43,917 nt of DNA from Candidatus Dadabacteria bacterium (GTDB lineage: Bacteria; Desulfobacterota_D; UBA1144; Nemesobacterales; CSP1-2). Location of the stretch: assembly GCA_023250035.1 (NCBI GenBank), contig JAHFBK010000003.1, forward strand, positions 1 through 43,917. Direction: 5' to 3'. Both the position numbers and the translations under genes were made by a program. Shown here piece after piece: positions 42,509 through 43,917 of this stretch (positions are counted from its first letter, which is position 1; each line of letters begins with the position of its first letter). The notes under the pieces are model-generated. The model searched no databases, was not told where the DNA came from, and saw only the letters and a list, made by a program, of their open reading frames with translations.

Positions 42509-43917
42509 TTAAGAATAAAGAATCTCAAAGGTTGAGCCCCTTCCGGTTTCTTTAGTTACATCTATCCTTACCGGGAATTTGTCCTTTAATTCATCAATAT
42601 GAGTGATAACAAGGATCTTATCGAAATCACTTATTATCGTGTTAATAGCTTGTATAAATTGACTAAGTCCGTCTTTATCCTGTGTGCCAAACCCTTCATC
42701 AATTATAAGGGTTCTAAGCTGTGCTCCGGAGCGGTTTGCAATGAATTTTGATATTGCGATTCGTAATGCAAAATCTATCCGAAATGCTTCTCCTCCTGAA
42801 AATGTTTCGTAGCTCCTGGTTCCATAATTATCACCTACTTTTATTTCAAGCGTCTCTTTCTCTCCACCTTTCTGCGTTGGTTTTACCATCTCAAGGCTCA
42901 GTGTCATGCCACTGTCTGTAAGCCTTGTTAGTAGCTTGTTTGCCTCAATATCAATCTCGGGTATTGCAGATTCTATAATGAGAGCCTGAATCCCGTTCTT
43001 TCCGAAGGCCTTTTCGAGCTCTTGATATACAGTTAAATCGTATCCTAGTTTTTTAGCCTGTTTTATAGCCTCTTCTCTCTTGCCTTCTAGCCCTGTTATC
43101 CATTCCAATTTACTATTAACCCTGCATTTTTCTTGAACTATTTCATCCCTAGTCTTTTTTAGTTTTGAAATGTCATCTTCAATAACCCTTTTCTTCTTTT
43201 CCAGTGCTTCACTCTGGGTTATCACCGCTTCATGCTCTTTTATCTCCCTCTCGGCTTTTTCAAGTTGCACACTTTCGGTGTTTAATCTTCCCTTGAGATT
43301 TTCAAGCTCTTTTTCTCTTAGACTTAAGATTAATTTTGCTCTATCAAGACTCTCTTTTTCTTTTGTAAACCTTTCCATACTCTTGAGAATAGATTTTAAT
43401 TCTTTATGTTTTTGCTCGTCATATCGGAGTTCTCTAATCTGGTTTTCAATTTCTAAAGCCCGTTCTTTGTACTCTACAGCGAAAAGACCTTCATCAAGGG
43501 TCTTAGTAAGTGAGAGAGTTTTAGCTTTAATACTTACAAGCTGGCTCTCAATCTCATCCTTATTCGATTTCGCATCTTCAAGACGTTTGTTCTCGGTTTG
43601 AAACTCTCTTAATGATTCAAGTTTGTGCTTTATTTCTTTATGTTGTCTCTCATCATAAGCTGTCTTCCTTATCTCCTGGGTTATCTCTTTAAGCTCATAT
43701 CGGAACTCGACGCCAAAATCCTCTTTTTCGATTATATTTTTAAGTCTATCTAGTTCATTTTTAGCTAATTCTTCATATCTTTCAAGGCCTAAGATCCTTG
43801 CAAGGACATCTTTTCTCTCAGCAGGTGTCCTTTTTGTAAATTCATCTGCCCTCCCTTGAAGGATAAAAGCTGAACAGATAAATGAGTCGTAATCCATTTT
43901 AAGGGTTTTCTCGATTG
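42509..43917 (-). CDS. sbcC: SbcC/Rad50-family ATPase, 5'-truncated by the window edge
   Basis: The frame is open to the right edge (IEKTLKMDYDSFICSAFILQGRADEF, the SbcC Q-loop-like region), followed by a long coiled coil. C-terminal signature FSGGEAFRIDFALRIAIS, Walker B LIIDEGFGTQD and D-loop/His ILVITH. Confidence 0.8.
   Translation of the reverse strand, partial: IEKTLKMDYDSFICSAFILQGRADEFTKRTPAERKDVLARILGLERYEELAKNELDRLKNIIEKEDFGVEFRYELKEITQEIRKTAYDERQHKEIKHKLESLREFQTENKRLEDAKSNKDEIESQLVSIKAKTLSLTKTLDEGLFAVEYKERALEIENQIRELRYDEQKHKELKSILKSMERFTKEKESLDRAKLILSLREKELENLKGRLNTESVQLEKAEREIKEHEAVITQSEALEKKKRVIEDDISKLKKTRDEIVQEKCRVNSKLEWITGLEGKREEAIKQAKKLGYDLTVYQELEKAFGKNGIQALIIESAIPEIDIEANKLLTRLTDSGMTLSLEMVKPTQKGGEKETLEIKVGDNYGTRSYETFSGGEAFRIDFALRIAISKFIANRSGAQLRTLIIDEGFGTQDKDGLSQFIQAINTIISDFDKILVITHIDELKDKFPVRIDVTKETGRGSTFEILYS

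Overview
A 43.9 kb, low-GC (by eye about 40%) bacterial chromosomal segment, mostly housekeeping operons on both strands. No rRNA genes or CRISPR arrays were seen, and I cannot place the organism from sequence alone.

Gene content:
- Two tandem lgt-like genes, then ktrB-ktrA-ribF (coupled by ATGA overlaps), aroE, leuA and a Ycf46-like AAA+ ATPase.
- tRNA-Ala(CGC).
- A minus-strand block: aroA-cmk-ispH-rpsA-sppA-HIT-LapA-like.
- A coenzyme F420 cluster: cofD, then cofE-cofG-cofH and an FrhB-family gene.
- cysE, nifS-like cysteine desulfurase, argC, gap-pgk-fbaB, fbp, cvpA and a 5'-truncated sbcC.

Accessory material:
- An integrase-less islet after tRNA-Ala, holding a Phd-like/PIN pair, a MazF toxin, an SLT lytic transglycosylase and an AT-rich orphan stretch.
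- A HEPN/nucleotidyltransferase pair inserted between cysE and nifS.
- A decayed toxin-antitoxin remnant between cofD and cofE.
- Two G+C-richer secreted beta-helix proteins.

The most distinctive signal is a REP/RAYT-type system:
- There are two IS200-like HUH/Tyr (RAYT-like) transposase genes.
- There are at least 16 palindromic hairpins framed by GTAG...CTAC, falling into several stem classes.
- One perfect copy sits in-frame inside nifS, one forms the nifS C-terminus, and one lies inside a RAYT ORF.
- A 420 bp cluster of six hairpins lies between fbaB and fbp.

Other unexplained repeats:
- A composite repeat of about 300 bp at 29.4 kb.
- Two hairpin elements upstream of cmk and cvpA.
- Nested twin hairpins between sppA and the HIT gene.
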